64,000 bases of DNA, from NCBI GenBank assembly GCA_964195405.1, contig CAXMPK010000267.1:6602-70601 (forward strand). Direction: 5' to 3'. The notes beneath the pieces are model-generated. The model was not told the origin of the DNA and searched no databases. It worked only from the letters and a program-made list of their open reading frames with translations. Numbering within the stretch: position 1 is the stretch's first letter; each line of letters opens with the position of its first letter. This document shows, one piece after another, positions 9,821 to 19,034 of this stretch. A program made the position numbers and the translations under genes. Source of the stretch: an uncultured Acidimicrobiia bacterium. GTDB lineage: Bacteria; Actinomycetota; Acidimicrobiia; Spongiisociales; ZC4RG35.

Positions 9821-10453
9821 ATGCCGCCCAGGACTACTACCCAACTACTCGTGCTCGTCGTCACCGCATCAATTGGTGTGGCCGGCATCCTGCCTGCTGC
9901 TCCGGTTCAGGCCTCTCCCGAGCGACCGCCGTTTGAGATCAGTTTTCCTCAGGAGACCGAAAAAACAAGCTTCAACAACGACTGGGGCGCTCTCCGCTCC
10001 GGTGGTCGCCGTCATGGTGGCAACGACCTGATGGCAACCGCCAAGATGACCGAGGTGTATGCCTTCGCCGACGGTGTTGTGGCCAAGATCAGCGAACGAG
10101 GTCGACCCGGCCGGTACCTCTCGATCGAGCACGCGGATGGATGGGTGAGTCTCTATGTCCACCTGAACGATGACAACATCGGTACCGACGACGGCAAAGC
10201 CGATTGGTCTCTGACCTTCGCGCCGGGTATCGAAGAAGGTGCAGAGGTCAAGGCCGGCCAGGTGATCGCTTGGGCTGGTGATTCTGGGAATGCCGAAGGC
10301 ACCGGTCCCCACACCCATTTCGAGCTGAGCCACGACGGTCACGCGATCAATCCCTATTTCGCCCTGGAAGAAGCATTCGTCCGAGATCAACAAACGTTTC
10401 TCTTCAAACAACGGGTTGTCGACAGAGGCTTTGGGCTCTATGGGATCACTTGA
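9821..10453 (+). CDS. secreted M23 family metallopeptidase
   Basis: Signal peptide, then HGGNDL.., ..SIEHADGW.S.Y.HL and ..GDSGNAEGTGPHTHFE (M23 Zn motifs). GGAGG RBS. Confidence 0.85.
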   Translation: MPPRTTTQLLVLVVTASIGVAGILPAAPVQASPERPPFEISFPQETEKTSFNNDWGALRSGGRRHGGNDLMATAKMTEVYAFADGVVAKISERGRPGRYLSIEHADGWVSLYVHLNDDNIGTDDGKADWSLTFAPGIEEGAEVKAGQVIAWAGDSGNAEGTGPHTHFELSHDGHAINPYFALEEAFVRDQQTFLFKQRVVDRGFGLYGIT

Positions 10454-10899
10454 GCGTCATCTAGCCGGACAATCGTCTCGACAAAGTTGGGGTCTGCCGG
10501 GTCAACTATCGCTACCTCTTTTGCCTCTGTTTTGGGTGGTTGGTTGTCGGTGACCCAAATCACCCGGGTGACACCGGATGACGTGCTCGCCCTCGACCAA
10601 GCGGCCAAGATGTCGTCGGGTTCGTCGATGAACGCACGCTCTCGCTCATCCAACGCCGCTTCACTGATGAGGATGGCTGTAAAACAGCTGGTGGCGGCTG
10701 CCTCAATGTGACTTTCATCGGAGACGTCGCCAAGAGCGACCTTGAAACCCCTAGCCTTCATCCTTCCGGTCACCTGTTCGTCTGAGACGAAAACGCGGAT
10801 TTCCCGGTTGGGTTCTGCGAGACCCTCCAGAATCGCCTCACCTGAGTCGGTGTCGGCTCCGACCACTATCACTGGCATGCCCAGAAACCTAGTGGACAC
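10438..10899 (-). CDS. NAD(P)-binding domain protein (short)
   Basis: N-terminal [17 protein letters not shown] Rossmann-like motif. The start is ambiguous (10899 or 10878). Confidence 0.5.
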   Translation of the reverse strand: MSTRFLGMPVIVVGADTDSGEAILEGLAEPNREIRVFVSDEQVTGRMKARGFKVALGDVSDESHIEAAATSCFTAILISEAALDERERAFIDEPDDILAAWSRASTSSGVTRVIWVTDNQPPKTEAKEVAIVDPADPNFVETIVRLDDAQVIP

Positions 10900-11009
10900 A
10901 GTGGCTTTCTCCTGCGCGTGAAGTGGGTTACAATTGCACTACGCGGATAGTGGAAATTCTTCACTGTCCTGAGCCGTTGGCAACATCGGAAGACAGATTT
11001 CTCGTTGAA

Positions 11010-12449
11010 GTGACGGTTTCTAATAATGAAGGGCATGAAGTGGCCACAGTCGATATTGATCTAGGCGGGTACCAACTCGGTTGGCACGACGAGGTAAAAC
11101 TTGCTTTTGAGCCCCGCAAAGGCTTGGACGAAGACGTCATCAAGGAAATGTCCACGATGAAGGGGGAGCCGGAGTGGATGCTCGATTTCAGACTCAAGGC
11201 TTACAAGCGCTTCCTCGCCAAGCCGATGCCACAGTGGGGTGGCGGCGGGCTGCTCGACACCATCGACTTCGACAATATCTACTACTACGTCAAGCCCGAA
11301 GGTGAGCAGCAGAAGGACTGGGACATGGTTCCCGAGTCCATCAAGGAGACTTACGAGAAGCTTGGCATCCCCCAGGCGGAGCGTAAGTACCTGGCCGGAG
11401 TAACCGCGCAATACGAGTCAGAAGTTGTCTACCACCGCAATCGTGAGGACCTCGAAGAACTCGGTGTGCTATTCACAGACATGGACACCGCGGTTCGCGA
11501 ATACCCCGAAATCGTCCAGGAGTATCTCGGGACGATCATCCCGCCCAACGACAACAAGTTTGCTGCCCTCAACTCGTCTGTCTGGTCGGGAGGCTCGTTC
11601 ATATACGTGCCACCAGGAGTGCACGTCGATCAGCCGCTCCAGGCCTACTTTCGGATCAACTCCGAGAACATGGGTCAATTCGAGCGAACCCTGATCATCG
11701 TCGACGAAGGCGCGTATGTTCATTACGTCGAAGGATGCTCTGCTCCGACTTGGTCCACGGATTCTCTGCACAGCGCGGTAGTCGAAATCATCGTCAAGGA
11801 AGGTGGCCGTTGCCGGTACACCACCATCCAGAACTGGTCGAACAACGTCTTCAACTTGGTCACCAAGCGAGCTGCTGCCTATCGCAACGCCACCATGGAA
11901 TGGGTCGACGGAAACCTCGGTTCCAAACTCACCATGAAGTACCCGGCGGTGTGGCTCATGGAGCCCGGTGCTCACGGAGAAGTGCTGTCCATCGCCTTCG
12001 CCGGTGAGGGTCAGCACCAAGATGCCGGAGCCAAAATCGTCCATGTCGCACCCGACACCACCTCGACGATCGTCTCCAAGTCAATCGCCAAGGGTGGAGG
12101 CCGGTCGGGGTATCGCGGTCTTGTCCGAGTCGAACCGGGCGCGGAGAACGCTAAGAGCTTCGTTCGATGCGATGCCTTGATTCTCGACGACGACAGTCGA
12201 TCCGATACCTATCCGTACATGGAAATCGAGGAGAACGACGCCGAGATTGGCCACGAGGCGACCGTCTCCAAAGTCGGTGAAGACCAGTTGTTTTATCTGA
12301 TGTCAAGGGGTCTCACCGAAGATCAGGCGACCTCGATGGTGGTGGCCGGTTTCATCGAGCCCATCATCAAAGAGCTGCCTATGGAATACGCCGTTGAGAT
12401 GAACCGTCTCATCGAACTCAACATGTTGGCGGCTGGAGCAGTCGGCTAG
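11010..12449 (+). CDS. sufB: Fe-S cluster assembly protein SufB
   Basis: Motifs ..[18 protein letters not shown].., ..[10 protein letters not shown].., ..[22 protein letters not shown].. and ..[18 protein letters not shown]... The ORF maximum starts at 10923. GTG at 11010 gives a SufB-typical length of about 479 aa. Confidence 0.9.
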   Translation: MTVSNNEGHEVATVDIDLGGYQLGWHDEVKLAFEPRKGLDEDVIKEMSTMKGEPEWMLDFRLKAYKRFLAKPMPQWGGGGLLDTIDFDNIYYYVKPEGEQQKDWDMVPESIKETYEKLGIPQAERKYLAGVTAQYESEVVYHRNREDLEELGVLFTDMDTAVREYPEIVQEYLGTIIPPNDNKFAALNSSVWSGGSFIYVPPGVHVDQPLQAYFRINSENMGQFERTLIIVDEGAYVHYVEGCSAPTWSTDSLHSAVVEIIVKEGGRCRYTTIQNWSNNVFNLVTKRAAAYRNATMEWVDGNLGSKLTMKYPAVWLMEPGAHGEVLSIAFAGEGQHQDAGAKIVHVAPDTTSTIVSKSIAKGGGRSGYRGLVRVEPGAENAKSFVRCDALILDDDSRSDTYPYMEIEENDAEIGHEATVSKVGEDQLFYLMSRGLTEDQATSMVVAGFIEPIIKELPMEYAVEMNRLIELNMLAAGAVG

Positions 12450-12469
12450 ACGCCAAGTCTCCGCGCTTC

Positions 12470-12945
12470 TTAGCACCTATCGGTTCCAGCAACCGTCCGG
12501 CAATGGAAACCTGACGTATTCGAGTACTCGGGGTCATCGTCCTCTGCCCCTTCCGGAAGATCGCCGATCGGGATGATGCTTTCGATGGGGTAGTCGTTGT
12601 CGAATAAGGACTCGAAGACGGCCATCACCGCTCGTGAATGCTCGGAATGAACAACGATCTCACCGCTAAGGGCTGTGTCGTCGAAGCCGATATAAGTCAC
12701 GGTCGCAGGCGTCGAGGTCTTCTGGTTCAACCGGACAACCCGGATGCCAAGAATGGCCAAGACGATCCTGTTCGACGTTATCGATGGAGCCTTCGAATGT
12801 GGGAGTCGACGCGGTAGCGGATGGTGTCGTGGAGGCCGGTGTCGTAGGGCCGGGTGCTGTGGAAGCAGGACTCGTGGTCGTGGTCTCGGTTACAGATCCG
12901 GTGCAGGCCGCCAACACCAGCAATAGGACAATTCCCCGCCTTGGT
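12470..12945 (-). pseudogene. M15 (VanY-like D-Ala-D-Ala carboxypeptidase family) metallopeptidase remnant, frameshifted and C-terminally truncated
   Basis: Two overlapping frames carry consecutive parts of one protein. The first reads ..LLLVLAAC..HSWHPGCPVEPEDL. After a 1-nt frame change near 12698-12716, the second reads ..ATVTYIGFDDTALSGEIVVH..FPI..NTSGFHCR and stops before the expected WS.HA.G.A.D Zn/catalytic half. Confidence 0.65.
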
Positions 12946-13212
12946 TCAGACGTTGCTTCGGCCCACCACAAAACCGAGAAGGAGTCCACCGGCGGCCGCC
13001 CATACCAGGGAGAAGTCGTCGCCTGTCGAATAGATAGGAGGTCCCCCGGCAATACGAAAGATGGCGGAGGCTGCGATACCACCTATGACGCCCATGAGGA
13101 TCATCCCAAAGAGGCTGTTGGCACTGGCTAGAAGACCTCCGATGAGCCCGCCGATCGCGCCGACCCCGCCGACGATCAGCATTGATTGAATAGTGGAAGC
13201 TTCGAGGAACAT
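12946..13212 (-). CDS. GlsB/YeaQ/YmgE family (transglycosylase-associated) small membrane protein
   Basis: 88 aa, Gly-rich, three TM segments (..IVGGVGAIGGLIGGLL.. and ..GVIGGIAASAIF..). Confidence 0.75.
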   Translation of the reverse strand: MFLEASTIQSMLIVGGVGAIGGLIGGLLASANSLFGMILMGVIGGIAASAIFRIAGGPPIYSTGDDFSLVWAAAGGLLLGFVVGRSNV

Positions 13213-13484
13213 GACGACAGGCTACCCGACCCACAATGGCTGCAAGGAAAGACTGAAAAAGGCCGACAGTCATCGCTTGGGAACAGAACAGACGTTCTTA
13301 GGTCACGACCAGCATCCGACTCAAGAGAACCTCCAATCGAGATGCCGGTTCGCCACGTCACGGGTCTTCCGCTCCTAGTAGATTGGCTGTGGAGTCGGGT
13401 CTCCCGATACTTCGGCGTCACCGGTGCTCTCATCGAAGACGTGATTCAGTCGGCTGAGGAGTGCCCCGGTGAGTGCAATAATGA

Positions 13485-13826
13485 TTGAGCCCTACAGCGA
13501 GGATGCGGCTCATGGATGAAGCCCGACTACGTCCGCTGGAGAGAACCATTCTTCGGCTCCAAGGACAGGGGATGTCGACGTCGGAGATCGGACGACGTAT
13601 CGGCAAACGCCCTGGCACCGTACGTCGAATCATCATCATGATCGACTACAAGAAACACCTCGAAGATGCACCGAAGTCCACTCGAGGCAATACAACTCCT
13701 TTGGAAACTGTCGTGCTTCGTCTCAGAGCGAGTGGCGAGAACTACGGCGCAATCGGTGTTCGGCTCGGTCGTAGCGGCGCCCACATCCGCAGGATCGAGT
13801 CCTACGCCTTGCTTAAATCCTCATAG
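13485..13826 (+). CDS. small DNA-binding protein with two tandem sigma70-region-4/LuxR-like HTH repeats
   Basis: Internal duplication: LRPLERTILRLQGQGMSTSEIGRRIGKRPGTVRRI versus TTPLETVVLRLRASGENYGAIGVRLGRSGAHIRRI. The start is ambiguous (TTG 13485, ATG 13503 or ATG 13512). Confidence 0.6.
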   Translation: MSPTARMRLMDEARLRPLERTILRLQGQGMSTSEIGRRIGKRPGTVRRIIIMIDYKKHLEDAPKSTRGNTTPLETVVLRLRASGENYGAIGVRLGRSGAHIRRIESYALLKSS

Positions 13827-13930
13827 TTCTGTGTGCGATTTGAGCCCCTGCCCAGCCCTCTAGCCGCCGTTGGACACGTTTCTTGAAGGTGTGACCAAAG
13901 CATGGAAGCGGACCAGACCGGCGCCCTGAG

Positions 13931-14455
13931 TCAAATCTGAGGTCCGGGTGCGAGACCTCGATATGCGCCCCGGAAGTAGACGAGGGGATCTTTCAAGTCG
14001 GACAGTTCGACGGCGTCGACGACACCGACCAACACTCCCGAGTTTCCACTCTCCACACGGGATTCAAATGAGCAAAGCAGTCGGTCAGGGAGCTCGTCGA
14101 GTAGCGGACCCCATTTCGACGGCGTTGTGTTCGTGCTGGCGAATAAGCCTCCAGGGCTAGGACGAAGCCCGGCAAAAACCTCCGCCAAACCTGTGTCCTC
14201 GACGTCACAGACATGTACGACGAATCGCTCGGTCTGAGCCGATACGTCCCAGAGATCGGAGTTAGGTCCGACGACCGCGTGCACCCGGCCCGGTTCGCCC
14301 TCAGCAACGAACAACGACGAGACGGTGAGCCCTACCCTTCCAGCTCCTTCGCCCGACGTGATGATGGTCACCGGGTTGGCCAGACGTCCCCGGAAACGTC
14401 GGACCGGGTCACGGTCCTCGGGAAGGTCGGCGAACGGGTGCTCAGTGTGGATCAC
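13931..14455 (-). CDS. flavin reductase-like (FMN-binding split-barrel) domain protein
   Basis: Motifs ..FRGRLANPVTIITSGEG..GLTVSSLFVAEGEP... The GTG start at 14455 avoids overlap with the upstream ORF. The track ORF extends to 14593. Confidence 0.65.
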   Translation of the reverse strand: MIHTEHPFADLPEDRDPVRRFRGRLANPVTIITSGEGAGRVGLTVSSLFVAEGEPGRVHAVVGPNSDLWDVSAQTERFVVHVCDVEDTGLAEVFAGLRPSPGGLFASTNTTPSKWGPLLDELPDRLLCSFESRVESGNSGVLVGVVDAVELSDLKDPLVYFRGAYRGLAPGPQI

Positions 14456-14472
14456 GAGGACGGTTGGTCGGC

Positions 14473-14700
14473 TTAGACGATTTCGGCTTCTTGAATCTGG
14501 TCGAGGCTGTACGACCTCAACGCTCTCAACTCGTCGCTGGTGTCTAAGACCAGGAGCGACACTTCGAGAACACTTTCCGGGCTTTGAAACCAAGCCGACG
14601 AGTAGCCGACAACTCTGCCCGTAACCTTCTCCTCATCTGCGCCGCGTACTCGAACCGTGAGCCGGTAGTAGCTGCCTACCTCGAAGTCCTCAATGTTCAT
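14473..14700 (-). CDS. hypothetical small protein (75 aa)
   Basis: The ORF from the internal Met (MNIEDFEVGSYYRLTVRV..) is protein-like. The upstream extension is Cys/Ser-rich and implausible. No clear SD. Confidence 0.4.
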   Translation of the reverse strand: MNIEDFEVGSYYRLTVRVRGADEEKVTGRVVGYSSAWFQSPESVLEVSLLVLDTSDELRALRSYSLDQIQEAEIV

Positions 14701-14863
14701 TTGCTCAGCATACGAGCCACGAGCAGCGCTGCACTCGGGGAAAGAAGAACAACACGACTCACGATCAACCTCCAGTGCAGCCTGACCTCGGTTCCCCACA
14801 GACATTCCCACATGACGGCACTCATGCGGGGCTGGTTCGACCTATTTCTTCTAGGGTTATGGG

Positions 14864-15166
14864 GTGGCGGATTTGGTCATTCAGTTCACCGAAGTTCTTT
14901 GGGAGTACCAAGGCGAGGCACCCTGGGTGTTCATAACTCTCCCCGCGGAAGACGCTGAAGAAGTCGAGGCACGGGTACCAGAACGTGCCGGTTTCGGTTC
15001 GGTCAGGGTGGATGTGGTCATTGGTGAAAGTCGATGGCAGACCTCAGTTTTCCCCGACAAGGGTTCGGGATCATTTGTGCTCCCAGTCAAGAGAGCTATC
15101 CGAGAACAGGAGGGTCTAGCTCCAGGTGATACCGCCTGTGTGACACTTCACATCGACGTCGATTGA
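14864..15166 (+). CDS. DUF1905 domain protein
   Basis: The pattern ..WVFITLP..GFGSVRVDVVIGESRWQTSVFPDKGSGSFVLPVKRAIRE..GDT is typical of DUF1905. GTG start. Confidence 0.75.
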   Translation: MADLVIQFTEVLWEYQGEAPWVFITLPAEDAEEVEARVPERAGFGSVRVDVVIGESRWQTSVFPDKGSGSFVLPVKRAIREQEGLAPGDTACVTLHIDVD

Positions 15167-15223
15167 AGCGACAAGTCGGAGCGATAAGCCGGGGACTCTC
15201 GCCTCGGCTCTGACGTTGAGTGG

Positions 15224-15697
15224 CTAGAGGGAGATTCGGCCTGATTCGAAGACAAAGTCTCCTATGTTCTTCTCGATTGAGTGCCGAAGGTCGATCAGGT
15301 CGAGGAATTTCGCCGGAGTGTCGCATTCGATCAGAGGCGCTTTGCCGACGAGGTACGCCTCGGATGCCTCTCGAAGTTCATCTGGCGTTAGACCGCCCGG
15401 ACGAGGAAAACCCTCAGGGAGCGGAGTCACCGAGGGTCGCTCCGTGTTGACTTTTGGATTGTGTGACGAGAAATACGGGTTCGTCTTTTCCGACTTCAGG
15501 GGCGGCGGGGATAGAGAGCGACGAGACATTAATTCGAACACTTTCTGTGCTTCTTGGGCCGTCCAGCCTGGTCCTGGGTGACCAACGTTGTGATCATCTC
15601 TACTCCGACTCCTTATATCGGCCCAGTTGATATCGACCCTGCTGCGTCGATCCTTATAGGTCGGAAGTCCATACTGACGGGAGAGATGGAGAATCAT
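15224..15697 (-). CDS. hypothetical protein (orphan, atypical codon usage)
   Basis: 157-aa ORF in a lower-GC patch. The N-terminal half uses rare codons (ata, agg, aga, tta, cta). No recognisable motif and a weak RBS. Confidence 0.35.
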   Translation of the reverse strand: MILHLSRQYGLPTYKDRRSRVDINWADIRSRSRDDHNVGHPGPGWTAQEAQKVFELMSRRSLSPPPLKSEKTNPYFSSHNPKVNTERPSVTPLPEGFPRPGGLTPDELREASEAYLVGKAPLIECDTPAKFLDLIDLRHSIEKNIGDFVFESGRISL

Positions 15698-15742
15698 GGT
15701 TTATTCATCCGTTAACTCCGTTTATCTAGGTTTCGAGGGAAC

Positions 15743-16417
15743 GTGCGTTTACTGATTGTTGAAGATGAGCCAGATCTTGCCGAGGCAATCGCCCGCGGCT
15801 TGCGTCGCGATGGCCATGCAGTTGACGTCGCCCTGACGGCAACCGACGCCAACATCAAGCTGCGTTCGGCCGGATACGACCTGGTTTGTCTTGATTGGAC
15901 TCTGCCCGACGGGTCCGGACTCGAATTGTGCCGTGAGTTGATATCCGGCGAGTTGCCCACCCTGGAAGGGGATCGACCCCGGATATTGATGTTGACTGCG
16001 CGCGATGATGTGCAAGACCGTGTTGCAGGTCTCGATTCGGGCGCCGACGACTACCTGGTCAAGCCGTTCGCTATGGCCGAACTGGCGGCGAGAGTGCGTG
16101 TGCTGCTCAGACGGGAGACCGACACCGACCCGGTCCTGAAAGTTGGCCCGCTTCGTCTCGACGATGCTCGCTTTATCGCAGAGCGAGATGGCGAGAAACT
16201 TGATCTGACCGCCAAAGAATTCGCCCTTCTCCAATACTTCATGGCCAATGCCGGGATCGTCATGGGTCAAGAACACCTGCTCGAACACGTCTGGGATGAG
16301 ATGACAGAACCTCTAACGAACGTGGTAAGGGTGACAGTTAGCAACCTTCGTAAGAAGCTTGGCGAACCGCAGCTGATCACGACTGTTGCTGGTCGCGGTT
16401 ACAAGTTGGACGAGTAG
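15743..16417 (+). CDS. OmpR/PhoB-family response regulator
   Basis: Receiver domain (LIVEDEP..D..LPDGSG..KP) followed by a winged-helix C-terminus (..VSNLRKKLG..I.TV.G.GY). Confidence 0.9.
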   Translation: MRLLIVEDEPDLAEAIARGLRRDGHAVDVALTATDANIKLRSAGYDLVCLDWTLPDGSGLELCRELISGELPTLEGDRPRILMLTARDDVQDRVAGLDSGADDYLVKPFAMAELAARVRVLLRRETDTDPVLKVGPLRLDDARFIAERDGEKLDLTAKEFALLQYFMANAGIVMGQEHLLEHVWDEMTEPLTNVVRVTVSNLRKKLGEPQLITTVAGRGYKLDE

Positions 16418-17565
16418 TGGCTAGCTGGCAATCGATCAGGTTTCGGCTTTCGGTCCAATATTCAGCTGTGGTGTTCGGACTCGGCGGCGCAATTCTTGGT
16501 CTGGTCTTCTGGGCGTTGCAACGAGACCTGCGGTCGCAAACCATGATGGCTCACATTCAGACCGGTCAGCGGGTTGTGCTCAGCGACGGGGAGCTTGTGA
16601 TCATGCCTGAGTTCAAGGAGATCGAGGTCCGAGCCATCGAGTCGATCTACAACGAGGTGGTCCTGAACGAGGTCGCCCGTTTCACCCTCATCGCTCTTGT
16701 GGCCCTTTTTCTTCTCAGCCTTGTCGTGGGTTGGATCATGTCCGGTCGGGTCCTGAAACCGGTCGAAGAGATCACTTCGGTGGCGCGGGAGATCCAGGCT
16801 TCGGATCTGTCACGGCGGATTGCACTCGAGGGGCCGGATGACGAGCTGACTCGACTCGCCAACACCTTCGACGGCATGCTCGACCGGCTCGACAACGCGT
16901 TTGCCAGCCAGCGGCAGTTTCTGGCCGACACTTCTCATGACCTGCGGACACCTCTCGCTGTGATCCAGGCCAATGTGGAGCTTGCCGCCGACGATCCCAA
17001 CGCTTCGCTCGACGAGTGGGAGGAGGCGGGAGGCATCGTACGTCGCAACACGGAGAAGATGTCGAAGATGATCGATGGTCTGCTCGCTGCTGCCAGATTG
17101 CAAACGGGAAAAGCTCAGTCTGTCTCATTGGATCTTGCTGAGATGGTGGAAGCGAAGGCCACCGATTTCAGCCCGGTAGTCGCCGATCGCGGGGTCACTT
17201 TTAGCGCAATAACTACACCGGCGGTCGTTCAAGGCGTAGAGGTGCCTCTGGATCGCGCCTTGTCGAACCTTCTAGACAACGCACAACGAGTGGCGCCGAA
17301 AGACTCGACGGTCAGGCTCGGCAGTGGGCTTGTCGAAGGCTGGGCTTGGATGGCTGTTCAAGATGAGGGTCCCGGCCTGCCACCCGAACCGGAGGATCGG
17401 ATCGGATTAGGCCTTTCGATAGTCACTCAGATTGCCGAAGCACATGGTGGTGCGCTCGACTCCTATGCCGGTCACGATGAAAGAGGGACCACGATGGTGG
17501 TGTGGCTACCGACTGATGACGCAACGGACACCCATCCCAAGGCCAATCCCTTTACCAATGTTTAA
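16417..17565 (+). CDS. sensor histidine kinase (2 TM, HAMP, HisKA, HATPase_c)
   Basis: H-box FLADTSHDLRTPL, N-box LLDNA and G-box ..GLGLSIV... Its GTG start overlaps the response-regulator stop. Confidence 0.9.
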   Translation: MASWQSIRFRLSVQYSAVVFGLGGAILGLVFWALQRDLRSQTMMAHIQTGQRVVLSDGELVIMPEFKEIEVRAIESIYNEVVLNEVARFTLIALVALFLLSLVVGWIMSGRVLKPVEEITSVAREIQASDLSRRIALEGPDDELTRLANTFDGMLDRLDNAFASQRQFLADTSHDLRTPLAVIQANVELAADDPNASLDEWEEAGGIVRRNTEKMSKMIDGLLAAARLQTGKAQSVSLDLAEMVEAKATDFSPVVADRGVTFSAITTPAVVQGVEVPLDRALSNLLDNAQRVAPKDSTVRLGSGLVEGWAWMAVQDEGPGLPPEPEDRIGLGLSIVTQIAEAHGGALDSYAGHDERGTTMVVWLPTDDATDTHPKANPFTNV

Positions 17566-17625
17566 CGGAAGGTTTAGGGGGGTCTTATTGGTTGACTCCT
17601 ACGCTGGCCTTGCCAGGAGGTCTAA

Positions 17626-18732
17626 GTGAGTGATGACAAAGAAATGAACACCGAGCCACGACGACGCTCGGGTGTGTGGTCGGCGATTGCCTATTTCGCC
17701 GGTGTCGCTGCCCTCGTTGTTGGGATCTATGCGATCACCGGCAACGGCGCCGAGCCAGCGTCCGGACCAGCAGCGGTCGCGGCCGAAGAATCAACCACGA
17801 CAACGGTTGTGGCCGTCGAAGTCGAGGCGTCGTCGGACGTTGAGGTGCCTTCTTTCGTTTCCGGTGAAGAGCCGATCGCCGATGCTGCCGAGAAGATTCT
17901 TCCGTCGGTCGTTCATATTCAAACGGAAACAGGGCTGGGGTCCGGTGTTGTTTACGACAGCAGCGGTCTCATCATCACCGCAGCTCATGTGGTGGAGGGG
18001 CAGGATACGGTTCAGATTCGATTCAGCGATGGCGAGCAGGTCGAGGGAACAGTGGTGGGAGCGGTCCCTGGTGTCGATATCGCCGTCATCCAGGTCGATA
18101 AGGACGATCTTGTACCCGCCGTGTTCAACACATCCAAGCCGAGGGTCGGTCAACTGGCTATCGCCGTTGGGAGTCCCTGGGGTCTGGAGTCAACTGTCAC
18201 TGCCGGCATCATCTCTGCCGTCGATCAGACCAACTGTGACTTCGACAAATGCTTTTCTCAGCTCCAAACTGATGCCGCCATCAATCCGGGCAATTCAGGC
18301 GGGGCTCTTGTCGATCGCAATGGCGAAGTCATTGGAATCAACGTTTCGATCCGAACCGAGTCCGGTGCCAACGATGGTGTCGGTTTCGCAGTGCCCAGCG
18401 ACATCGTCGTTGCGCATGCCGAGAGCATTGTCAATGGAACGCTGCTCGACACCGCCTATCTCGGTGTCCGCGGTGAACCAGCACAAGGAGATCGTGCCGG
18501 TGCGCTCATCATCGAAGTAACCCCTGGGACCGCCGCCGACGACGCAGGTGTTGAGGTCGATGACGTTGTGATCTGGTTCGCAGGCGTCGAGGTCTTCGGT
18601 ATCAACGACCTGGCCGCCCAGGTGAGGACACACCGTCCCGGCGAAACGGTCGAGATGACGCTGATCCGTGACGGCGTGGAGATGACCTTCGACGTCACGC
18701 TGGGTGTCTTCCCCGACGAAGCCAGCCCTTGA
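17626..18732 (+). CDS. S1C (HtrA/DegP-like) serine protease with C-terminal PDZ domain
   Basis: TM anchor, then ..TAAHVV.., ..DIAV.. and ..GNSGGAL.. (the catalytic triad context), followed by a PDZ-like tail. AGGAGG RBS. Confidence 0.9.
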   Translation: MSDDKEMNTEPRRRSGVWSAIAYFAGVAALVVGIYAITGNGAEPASGPAAVAAEESTTTTVVAVEVEASSDVEVPSFVSGEEPIADAAEKILPSVVHIQTETGLGSGVVYDSSGLIITAAHVVEGQDTVQIRFSDGEQVEGTVVGAVPGVDIAVIQVDKDDLVPAVFNTSKPRVGQLAIAVGSPWGLESTVTAGIISAVDQTNCDFDKCFSQLQTDAAINPGNSGGALVDRNGEVIGINVSIRTESGANDGVGFAVPSDIVVAHAESIVNGTLLDTAYLGVRGEPAQGDRAGALIIEVTPGTAADDAGVEVDDVVIWFAGVEVFGINDLAAQVRTHRPGETVEMTLIRDGVEMTFDVTLGVFPDEASP

Positions 18733-18783
18733 ATCGCTAACTGTGCAGGCAAGTACCCACCACTAGGTACCCACACAACCATT

Positions 18784-19027
18784 AAGGTAGGGACCGCCTG
18801 CCTCAACCGGCAGGTGCCCTGAGCGCAGCGAAGTCGGTTGGAATCCGATGCTGTCCCGCAACTGTGAAGCCGCCTATTGGCTGATTCCCTTGCTTTCGCA
18901 AGAGACTCCCCAACAGGATGGATAAGCCAGGTCGCCTGGCTTGGGGCCACGAATATGTCTCGGATGAAGACGGACCCGATGGCTCAGGGAAGCCACCCCA
19001 CCTCTTCATCCTCCTAACCGGAGGATG
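18784..19027 (+). promoter_or_regulatory. cobalamin (B12) riboswitch with RBS-sequestering expression platform
   Basis: The core GGTTGGAATCCGATGCTGTCCCGCAACTGTGAAGC (18836-18870) resembles the conserved GGTG.GAA.CC...C.G.CCCGC.ACTGT.A segment. A B12-box-like AAGCCAGGTCGCCTGGC lies at 18924-18940. CATCCTCC (19007-19014) is complementary to the SD GGAGGATG (19020-19027). The downstream genes are B12 uptake genes plus cobO. Confidence 0.75.
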
Positions 19028-19034
19028 TTTTCAT

